Position numbers and translations under genes: made by a program. The notes beneath the pieces are model-generated. The model ran no database searches and was not told the origin of the DNA. It saw only the letters and a program-made list of their open reading frames with translations. Shown in pieces: positions 1 to 12,328 of a DNA stretch of 46,765 nucleotides (within the stretch, counting starts at the first letter, position 1; each line of letters starts with the position of its first letter). Origin of the DNA: Catajapyx aquilonaris. Its lineage: Eukaryota. Where the stretch lies: contig JYFJ02000840.1 in NCBI GenBank assembly GCA_000934665.2, positions 62,001-108,765 of the forward strand. Reading direction: 5' to 3'.

Positions 1-48
1 ACAGATGGGCCATGGGATATGGGAAGGTTTCTACGTTTACAATGCCAG
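1..48 (+). CDS. ERI1: ERI1-family 3'-5' exoribonuclease, internal exon (5'-truncated by window edge)
   Basis: Translates TDGPWDMGRFLRLQCQ (Exo II TDGxWD motif of ERI1), followed by CAG|GTGAGC donor at 49. Confidence 0.85.
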
Positions 49-630
49 GTGAGCCATCCAAAACATTTTCAGTTGGATTATTTTTCTTTTCTATATTCAA
101 TGATTTTACTCTCCTTTGTATCATGAGAAGACCAGTGGGTTTAGAACTGAAGCCCCTTTACCTGTCATAAAGTTAATCTGATAAATAAGAAAAATTTCAA
201 AGTTGTAAGGCTTCATGCCTAGTTCATTAGCAGAGCCTTCTTGTTGCCCTCATACCTCGATAACAAATCTCGATGGCATCTGAGTGGCAGGGGATTCATG
301 AAATGTTCCGAAAAAGACCCCTCCCCACTGTGACCTCATCTTTACTATTTGCCAGCTTATGTTGTACAGAGCTATGATAAGCAGAGGTATGGCAAGAGAA
401 AGTGAGATGCAATAATGCCTTGTAGTTAGCAGTTTATTCAAATGTTCTACCCAGCAATATTGAGACATTTAACTTGCTCCTGTACCCAACATCTGGTTTC
501 TGGTACTCCTGAGGTCATAAAATTTCCATAGTACCTGATGGAGATTTCCTTTGACAGAACTGCCAGAGGCAAGTATTTTGGGCATTTGATCCAACAATGG
601 GATGAGTGGTGTCTATATGGTCTTATGGAG

Positions 631-796
631 TACAGTGATGGACATAAATCGAGGCATACTGCCAGCAACATTTTCCGAAGCGGCAGAAGAAGGAATCTTG
701 CTCGCCGGCCTTGCAGTAACCTTATTTTCGATTCCTTCTTCTGCCGCTTCGGAAAATGTCGCTAGCAATATGCCTCGATTTATGTCCAACACTGTA
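631..796. mobile_element. Palindromic Tc1/mariner-type MITE
   Basis: TA-CAGTG...CACTG-TA with long inverted arms; related copy at 34795-34959. Confidence 0.8.
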
Positions 797-2488
797 CACT
801 TGAATAAACCAGACTTCAAGTTACTATTGCATCTCACAGTTCTCTCACCACATGCCTCTGTCTCAGATACCTGCGTCACCAGCCCTTACATTGGTCGGGC
901 CTGAATAATCTTGAGGGGAAGATTCCCTCTTGGAACATTTTCTGGCTCTCGTGCCATTCTGAATTCAATGAAATAGGTTCCACTGGCAGGTGACACTTGT
1001 TGGGCTTTTAAAAATGATTGATCCTGGATATATTTGTAACCATGCCCTCCAATGGTTGACTAGGTGACTTTTATTCAAATAGACTGTATGGTGAGAGTGA
1101 ATGGGTTATAGATAACCTAGTGCATATTTCAGCTGAATTAAGAGTTGGTGTTTGAACTTTCCAATCTTCTTAGCGGTGGTCGAATTACGCAGAAAATACA
1201 CAAAAACCGAAAGAATCCGTCAGTTGACACACTTTGAATTAGCACACCCCTGATTGTAATTGACACCCCCTCCTCAGGGATGGAATATATGCTGTGGACG
1301 ATAACCTTTCTTTGAGTCCAGCAGGGAACATTTCCCCAAAATGACTTGCTCCTAACATCATTATTTTCCCGTTTTTCCCTGCGTATATCCCTTGTTACTG
1401 ATGTGTAAGCAGGCAGAGACCCGTCGCTAGGTCGTCCGCGTCTCTCACATGATTTGTAAACAGTGCAACAATGGAAAGGACACTATAAGCACTCTCCATA
1501 TACTGGTGTTTGAATTGGCCCGCCGGCACGGGTTGCCAGGTAACATGCGCCGTCGCCGACAAAAAAAAACCATTCAGAGATGGCTAATGTGTCCAGACCT
1601 GTACAGCTGTGATTATTCTCAGAAAAATCCGAGATGGTCTAGCAACATGTAGGCCCACTTGATTGGGAAAAACATGCTGTATTTGAGGATTTTGATTTTT
1701 TTGACTGCCTCGAGGTCAAAAACAAATCAAAGACGAAATGAATGCCCGTTATGAGTTACTTGTGACCTAAGGAACACGAATATGACGATGAATTTCCATG
1801 GACAAAAACAACATCAAATTTTGTTGCATAGTGTAATTTGTTAACCTCCCTTGCGACTCCATATATTACGTTTGTGACCCACAGTTTGGGAAGCACTGCA
1901 TAGGAATGCTGTCAGTTGGTTGGTTGACTGATTAGGAGTTGCATCTGAGCATCTCAGAACTCATCAGGTTCTTACTCCCGTGGTTACCAACAACAATCTC
2001 TGCAAGTTGACAATAGTGCCAACTGGCCAACAATGCAGTGATGGCGAGGAGGCAGAGAGGCGGGGGAGGAGATGGGGAGGGTACGTAGGATACTATCGTC
2101 ATGGTACCAGTTTCTCTAGATGAGACGGCAATGTAAAAGATGAAAAATCCTGCATTTTGTGCATTTAGACTCAAAAAAGTGCGGTTTTTGGACTTTTCCC
2201 TCAATAAGGGACACGTTATACATCACTACATCAGTGTGCCAAGTTTCAGTCCTCTCAGAGGTGTGGAAGTAGGTTAGGTAGCCCAGACATACAGAGTTAG
2301 AGACCAACAATTAAAACAATCTTTGTGTTATAATTATACTGATACAATGTTAATTCTAGAACGTTGTGATACATGTCAATACACTTTCAATTCATAAAGC
2401 AAGTGTTTTGGCAATACATTTTTGTTGAATACATGTGTACATGGCAGCACTTCCCAGGAACTGATGGTTATCCTTGGTATCATTCCAG

Positions 2489-2572
2489 ACATCAGGGATT
2501 GAATATCCTGCATTTGCCAAGGAATGGATCAACATCAGGAAGACTTTTGCATATTTCTACAACAGCAAGAGA
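2489..2572 (+). CDS. ERI1: ERI1 internal exon
   Basis: ttccag| TSGIEYPAFAKEWINIRKTFAYFYNSKR |gt; WINIRK motif typical of ERI1; phase 0/0, consistent with both neighbouring exons. Not in the ORF track. Confidence 0.85.
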
Positions 2573-3219
2573 GTCAGCACCATGGTATGCATCTAATTAT
2601 ATTATTAAGGTACCTGATGATAATATGGCCAAGCTAAGCTTTGGCGAATTTTCCTGATGTCGTATTTTTAAAAACAAAGTACGGGATCTTGTACATTGGA
2701 ACCTTGCTAGTGGACAAAGAAAAATATGAGCTCTCATATTTTTCTTCGTCTTATAGAGAACGTCGACTTAGGGAAGTTCGACTTATAGAAGTTTACTGAA
2801 ATTACATTTGAAGTTCGCATGCCTGCCTTACATATACATAAACACATACATGGTTATACTCTGTCCCTAACTTTGCAACGGAGGCTCGTAGAGAAATGAG
2901 GTTTTTACCATTACGTGGGCCGCTAAACGGGGAGTGCAGTGGTATGCTTATCTGAACATACATGGTTTTTGCTTATGGTGTCAGACATGGCAGTCTTCAC
3001 ACAGTGTGCATTGCTTAAAATCTTGAGCAGTTCAAGAAGGGCATTTGTGAGCATCCAGACCACTGCATTGTCCAGGGATGCACCAGGTGACTTTCACTTG
3101 TTTTGCTACCTCCATAAAATTATTGGCAAGCCAGAACCAAAAAATGACTAAAACACAAAGGAATAGGCTTGGCAGCAAATTGTAGACGTAGACTTACAAA
3201 ACCTTACAAATGAACATAG

Positions 3220-3391
3220 TACAGTCAGTTCCGAATATATGAGACTTCAAGGGACCATGCAAATGAGTTTCCTATAACTGAGGTTTCCAAATGCACAGGC
3301 ATATATGGACATATGCTGGGACAACCCTCGTGAGTTTGCTATAACCGAGAGTTGCTTATAGCCAGGGCTCTTATATCAGGAGTAGACTGTG
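3220..3391. mobile_element. Degenerate pogo/Tigger-like MITE
   Basis: TACAGTC...GACTGT termini with imperfect inverted repeats and internal TATAAC(C/T)GAG repeats. Confidence 0.45.
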
Positions 3392-3704
3392 CATGTCTTA
3401 CATTTATTTTGAGATGAAATTTTTCAAAAAGTTTTCCTGCGAAACGGTACTTTTGAAATCGGTAATAAATTAAGTTATCCTGCAGAATGATAAATTAATA
3501 TTTGCAATGGTCATGTTACCACTGGCATCACTCCCAAGCACCCCAAATTACATGCACCAATGTGAGTGAAAAATAGACACACTTGAAAATGTCTCCTAAC
3601 TTAAAGCACTTCTGTATAACAAGTCAATCAGGAGAGTGTTATCTTAAAAATATATCTGCTGCCTAGTACAGTACATTTTATCTTAATGATTTATGTTCTT
3701 GCAG

Positions 3705-4040
3705 TACCCTCTTCAAACAATGCTCCAGTTGCTGGGTCTTGGATTTGAAGGCCGTCCCCACTGCGGGCTACATGATGCACGCAACATTGGCCGTATTGTT
3801 GTCCGTCTCCTGAAAGATGGGGCTAATTTGCGAGCTAATGAGCGACTTGATAGAAGCAGATGTGGATCAGCCCAGCCCCATTGCCTCCCAGTGGTACCCA
3901 TTTCAAGCGAGGAGTTTAAGCAGAGGACAAAACTCAGGAAAGCTAGGGCCATTGGGAAGTTGACAACATCAGAGGAGGATGGGGAAAAGGAGGGAGAGAT
4001 AAAAGGGGGAGAAGAGGATGAAGAAATAAAAAACAGTTGA
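3705..4040 (+). CDS. ERI1: ERI1 last coding exon
   Basis: ttgcag| YPLQTMLQLLGLGFEGRPHCGLHDARNIGRIVVRLLKDG... (DEDDh Exo III HxxxxD), acidic tail, TGA ending 4040. Confidence 0.88.
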   Translation, partial: YPLQTMLQLLGLGFEGRPHCGLHDARNIGRIVVRLLKDGANLRANERLDRSRCGSAQPHCLPVVPISSEEFKQRTKLRKARAIGKLTTSEEDGEKEGEIKGGEEDEEIKNS

Positions 4041-4524
4041 AGATTGCTATTTGCTGCTTTGAAAAAAGAAACTGCCATATTGATGATCATGATTATATTT
4101 TAGGGTGTTGTCACCCTGGACAGTGAATGTGGCATGGCGTGGTATTTTAAGGACATTATGGCGGGAACTAAAACCAGATGTGGTGCGGGACGCTGCTTGA
4201 GAGTGGCAGCTCCCATTCCTTTCTGTGTTCTTGAAAACTCCACAGCAAAAAACCATCCTGCGCCACATTCACCATCCAGTGTGACAGCAACCTAATGTGC
4301 AAATTGAGAATATGTTGTTGGAGCTGTTTATATTTGTACAGACTAATGACATCATTAGTGTAACCTTCAAAATATATATGATGTATTCCGGCTCTTAGCT
4401 GTGGTGTATGCATTTATAGCCTTGAAATGAAATCGATGAATATGTGATGACAAAGTCCTGCAGGATGTGTCCTATTATAGTCTTATAAATTGTTTATTTC
4501 TCTTATGAAGTCAATGCCATATAC

Positions 4525-5330
4525 TACATAGGAATTATGGACTTCCTAGCCTGTTAAGGCCATCAGCCCATTCACTCCCAACATTTATTCATATTAACAA
4601 CACAAAACAACTACAACATCAAATTCACAGCCACCAGTCATTCATCAGCAAATATGCCACCAAACATCATCAAATTCACTGCCACCAGACATCCATCATC
4701 AAATCATACGCCACCAAACATCCAAACATCAGTCCACCAGACATCCTCCATCATCAGGCCACCAGTCATCCATCATCAGGCATCAGGCACCGCGCCGTCT
4801 CCTTGCAGTGGCCCCTCCTGCCCCCCCGGAAGTCCCTGTTGAGGTCTCTCAGCACACCATCAGCCTCCAGGCAAAAACGACTGAAGGCATCAGGAATATC
4901 TATGAAGGCACTCTTGCTACCGGGACAACCCAGCCCCTTGGACACCGCCGCACATTGCAGTTGGCCATGTGCTCTCATAATCTCTGGTAATATGTAGTCC
5001 CACAGCAAGTGTCCGGGGTCTTCCCTTCCCAAGCCACACGAACATCTGGCACTCTCCTCGGCGCCTTTAAGAAAAAATCTAGAGAGATAGGCCCGGAATG
5101 GGCCATGACCCGAGATGAAACGGGCAACGTGACCATGTACATGTCTCCTGGCGTCCACCGCTGGCAGGAAGGCACAGCTCCAAGTCCTCCCAACTGCTTC
5201 CCAGCAAGTCTGCCACAGTTCCAAAATGTGCTGCTGTATCCTCCTGTTCACCGGAATTTCCATGAAAACCTGAAAAATTGGAGGTTCTGAGGGTGCATTC
5301 AGCAGATTTCCGTTGACTAGGAGTCGGCAA
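4525..5330 (-). mobile_element. Non-LTR retrotransposon 3' fragment (R1/I-group-like ORF2 C-terminus plus 3' UTR)
   Basis: ORF 4766-5263 has FISGHGPFRAYLSRF...CSCG...EDPGHLLW, the post-RT zinc-knuckle region of R1/I-type ORF2, with the last Cys decayed to Tyr; short CATCA-rich repeats follow. Confidence 0.75.
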
Positions 5331-5417
5331 ACAAAACTATAACATACTGTCGAAGTAAGGGTGGGCCACCTTCACCTATAACAAACACTCAGCCGCGAAT
5401 ATGTATGTTATACCAAA

Positions 5418-5648
5418 GCAGGTTGGTGTGGTGGTTAAGGAGCCTGACTGCTAATCGAGAGGTCCTGGGTTCAAATCCTGGGGCCGGCGATCCTGACCGT
5501 GGTTTTCCACGGGCACTCTAGGATAATTCCGGGAGATCTCGCTTCTGTATAATAGGCCACAGCCGCTTCCTTCTTTCCCTATCCTTGGCCCGAACCAATG
5601 GTGGTATTCCACTTCCCTAATGGAGAGCCAATTCTCCCAATGGGGTAA

Positions 5649-5723
<75 letters not shown>
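5418..5723 (+). mobile_element. tRNA-derived SINE with (TAA)n tail
   Basis: A-box-like TGGTGTGGTGGTTAAGG, B box GGTTCAAATCC, unique body, ends GGGGTAAAA(TAA)n. Confidence 0.75.
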
Positions 5724-5772
5724 TTGTTATGAAGTTATGAAAATATTGTTTTCTCTTTATTCTATAAAAATA

Positions 5773-6096
5773 GGGGGAGGCGGAGTGGTGCTGCGGTAAC
5801 GTACGCGCCCACGGATGTTAAGGTCCCGGGTTCGATCCCAACCCGGGGACACCCCCTTCATCTCGTGCAGAGTTCAGGGTCACCTCTGGCTTCGTCTCGG
5901 GTGGTATATCCACAGACTAAACCACCCGGGGGAGTTCACTAAAAATGGCCACATAAAGACATTGCACTGCACCTTGCACATCCCCTCCTGTCATCCTGCC
6001 CGTGGGCCCGGGCGCTTCAATAATTAGGTTCCAAATATGTACATCGTACAAATAAAGGTCCGTGCTACATGCCGAGAAGGCCAAGCACTACCCGTA

Positions 6097-6175
<79 letters not shown>
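5773..6175 (+). mobile_element. tRNA-derived SINE with (TAT)n tail
   Basis: B box GGTTCGATCC; (TAT)n tail; 15-bp TSD TTATTCTATAAAAAT at 5757-5771 and 6171-6185. Confidence 0.8.
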
Positions 6176-6176
<1 letters not shown>

Positions 6177-8532
6177 TATAAAAATGCATTTTTTGGGGGG
6201 ATTGCAGGTTACTTGGCTATTATAAAAGGGGGTTGCAACTTTAGAAAGGTTGGGAAAACCACTGCTCTATCACAATCAGCCTCCTGACCTCACTTGCCCT
6301 GGCATCTTCCACTCCACTAAACTCATATAATACTCTGAACAACCATTAACCTTCATTCTTCAGCCTCCTTGAATTGTGACATGAGAATAAAGAAGTCATT
6401 TTGATGCTACTGGCAGTCATTTATTCTCATCAGACCCTTTGTGTACCTAATCTTCACACAACATGTGATAATTTTATTACTGTTGTTATGAATGCTGCTA
6501 CTACTACCACCACCACAAAATTACTAGTTTATTACAAGGGTATACTGATCACAAACATATTTACCACAACCAAGAGCTAATAACTTCACAACTGAGAGAA
6601 GTAAATATTCAAATGGGAGTAATAAAGTCTGTTACTGTGTTCGCTCACTGCTAGCTAAGGTAAAACCACGTTGATAAAATGACAACGTTTTATTAGGTAA
6701 TCATAAATATGAGTTTTTCCAAAGTTTTTCCCTTGCAGTATTGTATTTCAACAAGTCGAATATTCTGGCAGGAGTGGCAGCTCACATCCTGCGGTAATTC
6801 CAACTTGGCCGCGAGATGTCACCCCTGACCACTCCATTTACTGTATATCAATGTCCGTATTCAATGCAAAAATGAGACGCAAAATGTAGTACACGTTGCT
6901 TTAAAACGACAATGCCACTGGTGGCCATGAATCGACGGGGCAGCACAGCCAGGAATGATTTTGAGGATGAATAACTTGAGGATGGGAATGTTCGCAGCAG
7001 ATTTTTGAACGTGTAGACACCCCTGGCGGAGGTAGTGGGAAGGTGGCGCAGTTGAGGAGAGTTCAAGGTCATCCTGCGAAGGCAGGGAAAAAAAGATGGC
7101 GGAGTGCGGGACGAGCATCGGCAGAGAAGCCTCTGGTCTCATCAGAACCATGTTGGGGTGAAGGCAGGAGGAATCTGGCCGCGCACCATGCCCGTGGAAC
7201 TGACGGCCACCTCACCTTCCACCATTCATCACGGTAAATCACCTGTCTGGTAGGGTGGTGTGTGTCACGGAAGGAGAAGGGGACTGGGGAGGGGAGGGAT
7301 TGAAAAGGCTGGATATCACACGCTGGCACACTGGCACTGGCACCCAGTTCCAGGGGGATTGGGCTGGTCCCCCACCATCAGGGGTCCATCTGGTGGAGTT
7401 AAACACCCGTGGTGTGACTTGTAAGCCTTCCAGGCCAGTGAACTGGGTGGCACTTGTATTGACAAGTTGATTGTCAAGGAATAGAAGGGCACTTCAGCAC
7501 ATGATTAAGGAAGAGCAGAAAAAAGTTAATTCAACCTTGGAATCTGCTTGTGTAATTGGTGGCAATTTTGGTTATACAACGTAGTTTCATTGCCTGCTTG
7601 GGATGCATTACATGTGGCTTCTTTATTCGGGGAGAAGGTGGAGTTGGTAAGTGTCAATGTCACTTCCATAAGTCAAACATTTGCCTTACATGATGCTAAT
7701 GCCTAGTAATTAGGCCACTGGATTTTGTGAAATAATATAATGGGATAAATTTTATATTGCTGAAGTTAAGGGGCATATTTTCGTGACTTACCTTGGGATA
7801 CTGCATGATACGCTTGACAGTCCAGTTGCTGTGTAGATGAAGCCAAGTGCCACCTGTAAAACTAAAGAATTGAGTATTCCTATTTGATTTTGTGGGGCAT
7901 GATCACTGCCAACATACATGGGAAAAAGAGTTATGTAACTAGGCACAACACCGTCATCCATTCTGTTCCAAGGTGGAGAAGAAAGCTCTTGACCTCAAGG
8001 ACCTTACTAATCAACAATTCAAAATATCTAGATGAGAAATTGGTGTGATGGAAATAATGTAACACATCATATGCCGCAGTGGGTGGTGCATGTAAACTCC
8101 AACTGTCACTACCACTGTATGAAAATTGTGAGTCATGCTCATATTTTGGTATTCTGCCTTGAGAAAAATGCCTATGAGAATTGTAGAGGCTTCTTCTTTG
8201 CTCTTTTCACTTGGAGAGTATCCTCTGCCTGATTTGGGGACTCAAAAGTAGGAGAGGACTGTGCAGCAATACGACCACGCCACATCGCATTTGCTGTCCA
8301 GTGTAACAGTGCCCTTAGTGATATTTACACCATGTATTATGTATATCCCACATGATAAATTGCTTACGATATGTTCCTTTTACGCTCGTATTTGATTAAG
8401 CTATTACATTCTTATTATTTTCTGCCTGATATTAGAGAACCATAAAATGCAGCTATGTCATTAGTATGTCAATTTCTGTGACTCACATAATGCATTTAAT
8501 TGCAGCGGGCAAGCGAGGCGAGGAGGGACAGG

Positions 8533-8861
8533 ATGCACCGCAATTCAACTGCCGAGGAAGCAAAAGGTGGGCAGAATTGCAACAGAATGGAGCCACCTCT
8601 ACCGCTGGAGCAGCAGGAAGACGCAGCCAAGGTGGAAGAGGAAGGCGACCCAGAGAATGCCAGCGGTGCTGTCCTGTCCCTAGCTTTCCTCCCAAGCGAT
8701 GTATTGTTCCTGATTTTCCGGCACTGCGATACACGCACTCTGGGACGCCTCTGCCAAGTGTGCAGGAGATTCAACCTCCTTGCTTCCAGAGACTTTCTCT
8801 GGGTTGGGCTTGCAAGGACACAGCCAATCACAAATCAGGTGTCAGCACTCTTCCAGAACAG
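8533..8861 (+). CDS. FBXW4: FBXW4-like, first coding exon (F-box)
   Basis: LAFLPSDVLFLIFRHCDTRTLGRLCQVCRRFNLLASRDFLW F-box; acceptor AG at 8504-8505; AG|GT donor in phase 2. Start codon could be 8533 or 8587. Confidence 0.8.
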
Positions 8862-9139
8862 GTGGGCCACTCAGCATTATTTTGTATAGATCATGGGAAC
8901 AAATAATTGCCAAAAATACTCAGGAAAGAAAAAAACTTGTAGGAGGCTGAATTCTGGTGTTTTTCATGGACAGGTGCCTTTTTTCAAAGCTGTGGGAAAA
9001 TAGTTATGGAATGTACTATTAGTGTCACAACAAATATCCTAAATCAGCAGATCTCGATCTGTGTAACTCTTGTACGATAAATCTGAAAATATGGTGATTC
9101 TCATTCCATTGGCATCTATGTGCGTACTTTTTAATAATA

Positions 9140-9905
9140 TATTAGTACAGTCAATAAGTTCCCGTCCCGGCCGCGGGAGGCCGGCAGGTGACACGGAGAC
9201 AGGTGCGGCTGTGGTTGGCTGTGAGGTACATTAGCAGTCACCAACCTGGCCAAGAGTGAACTCGGTGTGTTGTGTAATAGCTGTGGTACACAGTCGAAAA
9301 ATGTCATTCACCATATCAGGCGCGTCCAAGGCGGACGAACGGGCAGTAATACAGTTCCTGTGTGCAGAGGGAGCGGGACCGAAGGAGATTCATACACGCA
9401 TGAGGGCCACGCCATTTCCGCAGTGGTCGACAAGGCACGTCGGACATGGCACGGTCAGGCCGACCTGTTACCCTCTCCAACGATGCGTCGAGGGGTTGGT
9501 TCAAACTTCAAAGTGATCGGCGCTTGCATGCCTGCTCAGCAATCCTGTCGATGGACAAGCGCCTTGTCGACCACTGCGGAAATGGCGTACCCAGTCCTTC
9601 ACTGTCGAGTACGCCATGCAAGTGTCTCCATACACAGCCCTCATGCGTGTATGAATCTCCTTCGGTCCCGCTCCCTTTGCACACAGGAACTGAATTACTG
9701 CCCGTTCGTCCGCCTTGGACGCGCCTGATATGGTGAACGACATTTTTCGACTGTGTACCTCAGCTATTAGGCAGCACACCGAGTTCACTCTTGGCCAGGT
9801 TGGTGACTGCTAAGGTACCTCACAGCCAACCACAGCAGCACCTGTCTCCGTGTCACCTGCTGGCCTCCCGCGGCCGGGACGGGAACTTATTGATTATACC
9901 TAATG
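9140..9905. mobile_element. Mariner-derived element made of two inverted 5' ends
   Basis: TA TSDs; long inverted arms, each encoding the mariner N-terminal HTH (ERAVIQFL...PKEIHTRMR); YSTVKDWVRHFRSGR on the right arm and RSGRP on the left arm. Confidence 0.88.
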
Positions 9906-10549
9906 TATGTTGTGTGATTCTCATGATAAAATAATCATTATAATATAACTTTGGAATAGTAAAGCATGGCGATGTTACCAATGTTTTTAGGTAAAATAGG
10001 GATCTTTTTACAAGGGTACTTCAGTAAATAAGTTTCTTGGGTGCGATAAGTAACAATTTATTTCACTATATGAGCACTCTGCATACCTTGAAATCCAAGT
10101 TCTTGACATGTAAACTTCAATCAGTTCTGTATTCAGGTATTTGTTCCACTGTATCAACTTTTCTAATGCCTCATGGGATGTAGCCACCATTATGGAGGAA
10201 ATTTCCACGTTTATGTTTAACACTGATATTCCACATCTTGAATCATTTTCTGGAATAAGTACGACATAGTCACAGGAAATAAGGTTGGCCTCTCTACGAA
10301 GGTGGTAGAAAAGTTGGACCCAAGGTGAGACATGCATGAACATGAAAGAGTGATTATGTTGGCATGTAAATGAAGGACAAGGATTTCATTTAATGTGCAG
10401 AATTCTCTGAATACAACTTTGGTGACCATGTACTACACCTAGGAAATATTTTAGTGAACAGCCTTCGTATCATACATTATTGTAGAGGCTAGATACTCAT
10501 TACATTGAAATCTTGGACAATGACAAATTGACAGCCTTGTGTTTCACAG

Positions 10550-10997
10550 ATCATCATGCCTGCTGTCAGCTAAGGAGAAATGTCGTGTGTCATGGAACTG
10601 GCAGAGGGGCAAGTACGAGGAGGTGACCCTGATGAGCCACCGCACGCGCTATATGCCCTGGCTGCAGCTGACCTCGGATCGAGTGTGGGTTAGCAAGGGG
10701 AGGACAATCCTGTCCCTGGACAGGAGGCACATTCTACCACACACCAGATCAATGGCTTTCAGATCCCAGAGGAGGAGGGCCCGTCTAGCCCTGAGGGGTC
10801 ACTCAGATGATGTGTGTCGCTTTGTGTTGCGTGGTCAAGTTGTGGCCAGTGGAGGAAGAGATGGGTGTCTCTGTTGCTGGGATGCTAGATCGGGACGCTT
10901 TCTCTTCTGTCGCCCTGCCTGCCACACTTCAGATGTAGACTGTGTTGACCTTTATGGATCGACATTGGTGTCTGGGTCACGAGATGAAACAGTCAAG
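10550..10997 (+). CDS. FBXW4: FBXW4-like exon 2 (WD40 repeats)
   Basis: SAKEKCRVSWNW...YMPWLQL (FBXW4 signature), GHSDDVCRF...SGGRDG, SGSRDETVK; acceptor cacag, donor AAG|GTCAGT. Confidence 0.9.
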
Positions 10998-11043
10998 GTC
11001 AGTTACTGCTGAACTAAAGTTACTCCACTATAAAATAAAATAA

Positions 11044-11385
11044 GGGGAGGTGGGGTGGCCGTGATGGTAACGTCTCGGCTTGCTGTGTGAAAGGCCCCAG
11101 GTTCGATCCCCGCCTGGGGAACTTTCCTTTCACTTGCGTCAGGAGGGTCTCTGACCTGCACCAAGGAGATGTCGGGCAACCTAACCTCCTGGGGAACAGC
11201 ACATGACCCGTTTTCAGACGTGCACTTGCACCCATGTTCCCTCCCCGAAAATCCCTATCCTTACCTCTTGTCCTTTCATCCTTGCACCGGTGTTAGAAGA
11301 AAATAATAAGAAAATTGAAGGAAAATGGTGGTAATCCACCCCCCTATAAGGGCTCATGGCCCTAGCACGGGGTAACGTAAAATAA

Positions 11386-11448
<63 letters not shown>
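11044..11448 (+). mobile_element. tRNA-derived SINE (family B) with (TAA)n tail
   Basis: GGTTCGATCCC B box; homologous to the minus-strand copy at 38915-39260. Confidence 0.8.
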
Positions 11449-11449
<1 letters not shown>

Positions 11450-11786
11450 TGTTGGATGCAATGAGGTCCTTCCTTGGTTATTAGCAGGATGTCTGGGTCA
11501 ACTTCTCAACACAATTACTTCTTCATTAGAAATTATTCTGAAAATTAATTGGGTTGAAAATATTTGGCTAGTGGGAAAGAGGAATGATTGTTCTGCAACT
11601 GTTGCTCTGGATGCTGCTGCTGAATTACTGTGTCATTACTTGGGCACAGCAAACTTCATGTCATTTCCTGGAACATTAATATTTAAAATAGTACTCTCCA
11701 CCAAATAATCACAAACACCTTTTGAATCTCATTATTGTGAGAAAATTTCCAGAGTATTATTTGGCCAGTAGTATGCAGTGGTATAA

Positions 11787-12048
11787 TGGATGGATACCCC
11801 GTGCTAGGCCTCCTTGGGCCTCTTAGGGGATCATCTTTTATTTAACCGACTTTAATCATTGCCTGCGCTGTGATGGATTTTGATAGCGGGAGGAAACGGG
11901 AGAACCCCGAGAAAACCCACGCGAACACGGAGAGAACCCATCGAAACTCTATCCACATAAGAATCCTCCGTCCGACCCGGGGATCGAACTCGGGACCTTA
12001 GAGGTGGAAGGCTGCGGCGCTAACCACTCCGCCACCGTGTCGCCCCTC
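11787..12048 (-). mobile_element. tRNA-derived SINE (family C)
   Basis: Four similar copies in the window; TSD TATGCAGTGGTATAA at 11772-11786 and 12049-12063. Confidence 0.88.
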
Positions 12049-12328
12049 TATGCAGTGGTATAAAAAATAGCCTTGTACCCCTGCAAGATGCACCAAGAGG
12101 CCAGGCAAGTGGGCAAAAGTTGATTCAAGCATGTGTGCCTGCCTGCCTGGCCACTTGGCACTACTTGTGGGGGTGCGAGGCCATTTTTTCTGTGGTACTA
12201 GATTGAGTGAAAAGATGGAGACAATGTTGAAATGAAACTAAATGCAGTTTTCCAGGCCAGGTCACCCAAGTCCAGTTACTGCTTTCTTGATTAACTGATA
12301 TGGTTATTTATTACCACTTATTTTTTAG

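Noticed and set aside
538..904. ORFs on both strands with similar translations (ATFSEAAEEGI), also at 34714-35058
   Set aside because: Consequence of a palindromic MITE; not protein-coding.
3759..3780. ERI1 motif HCGLHDA instead of the usual HxGLDD
   Set aside because: The catalytic H and D (HxxxxD) are retained; the substitution is at a non-catalytic position.
4600..4790. Short CATCA/GCCACCA repeats that could suggest a CRISPR-like array
   Set aside because: Irregular degenerate tandem repeats without unique spacers, in a retrotransposon 3' UTR in eukaryotic DNA.
5418..5490. tRNA-Ser-like sequence and other tRNA-like heads
   Set aside because: Cloverleaf stems are imperfect and each is followed by a SINE body and simple-repeat tail; these are SINEs, not tRNA genes.
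6037..6287. Poly-Tyr and poly-Leu ORFs
   Set aside because: Translations of the (TAT)n microsatellite tail of a SINE.
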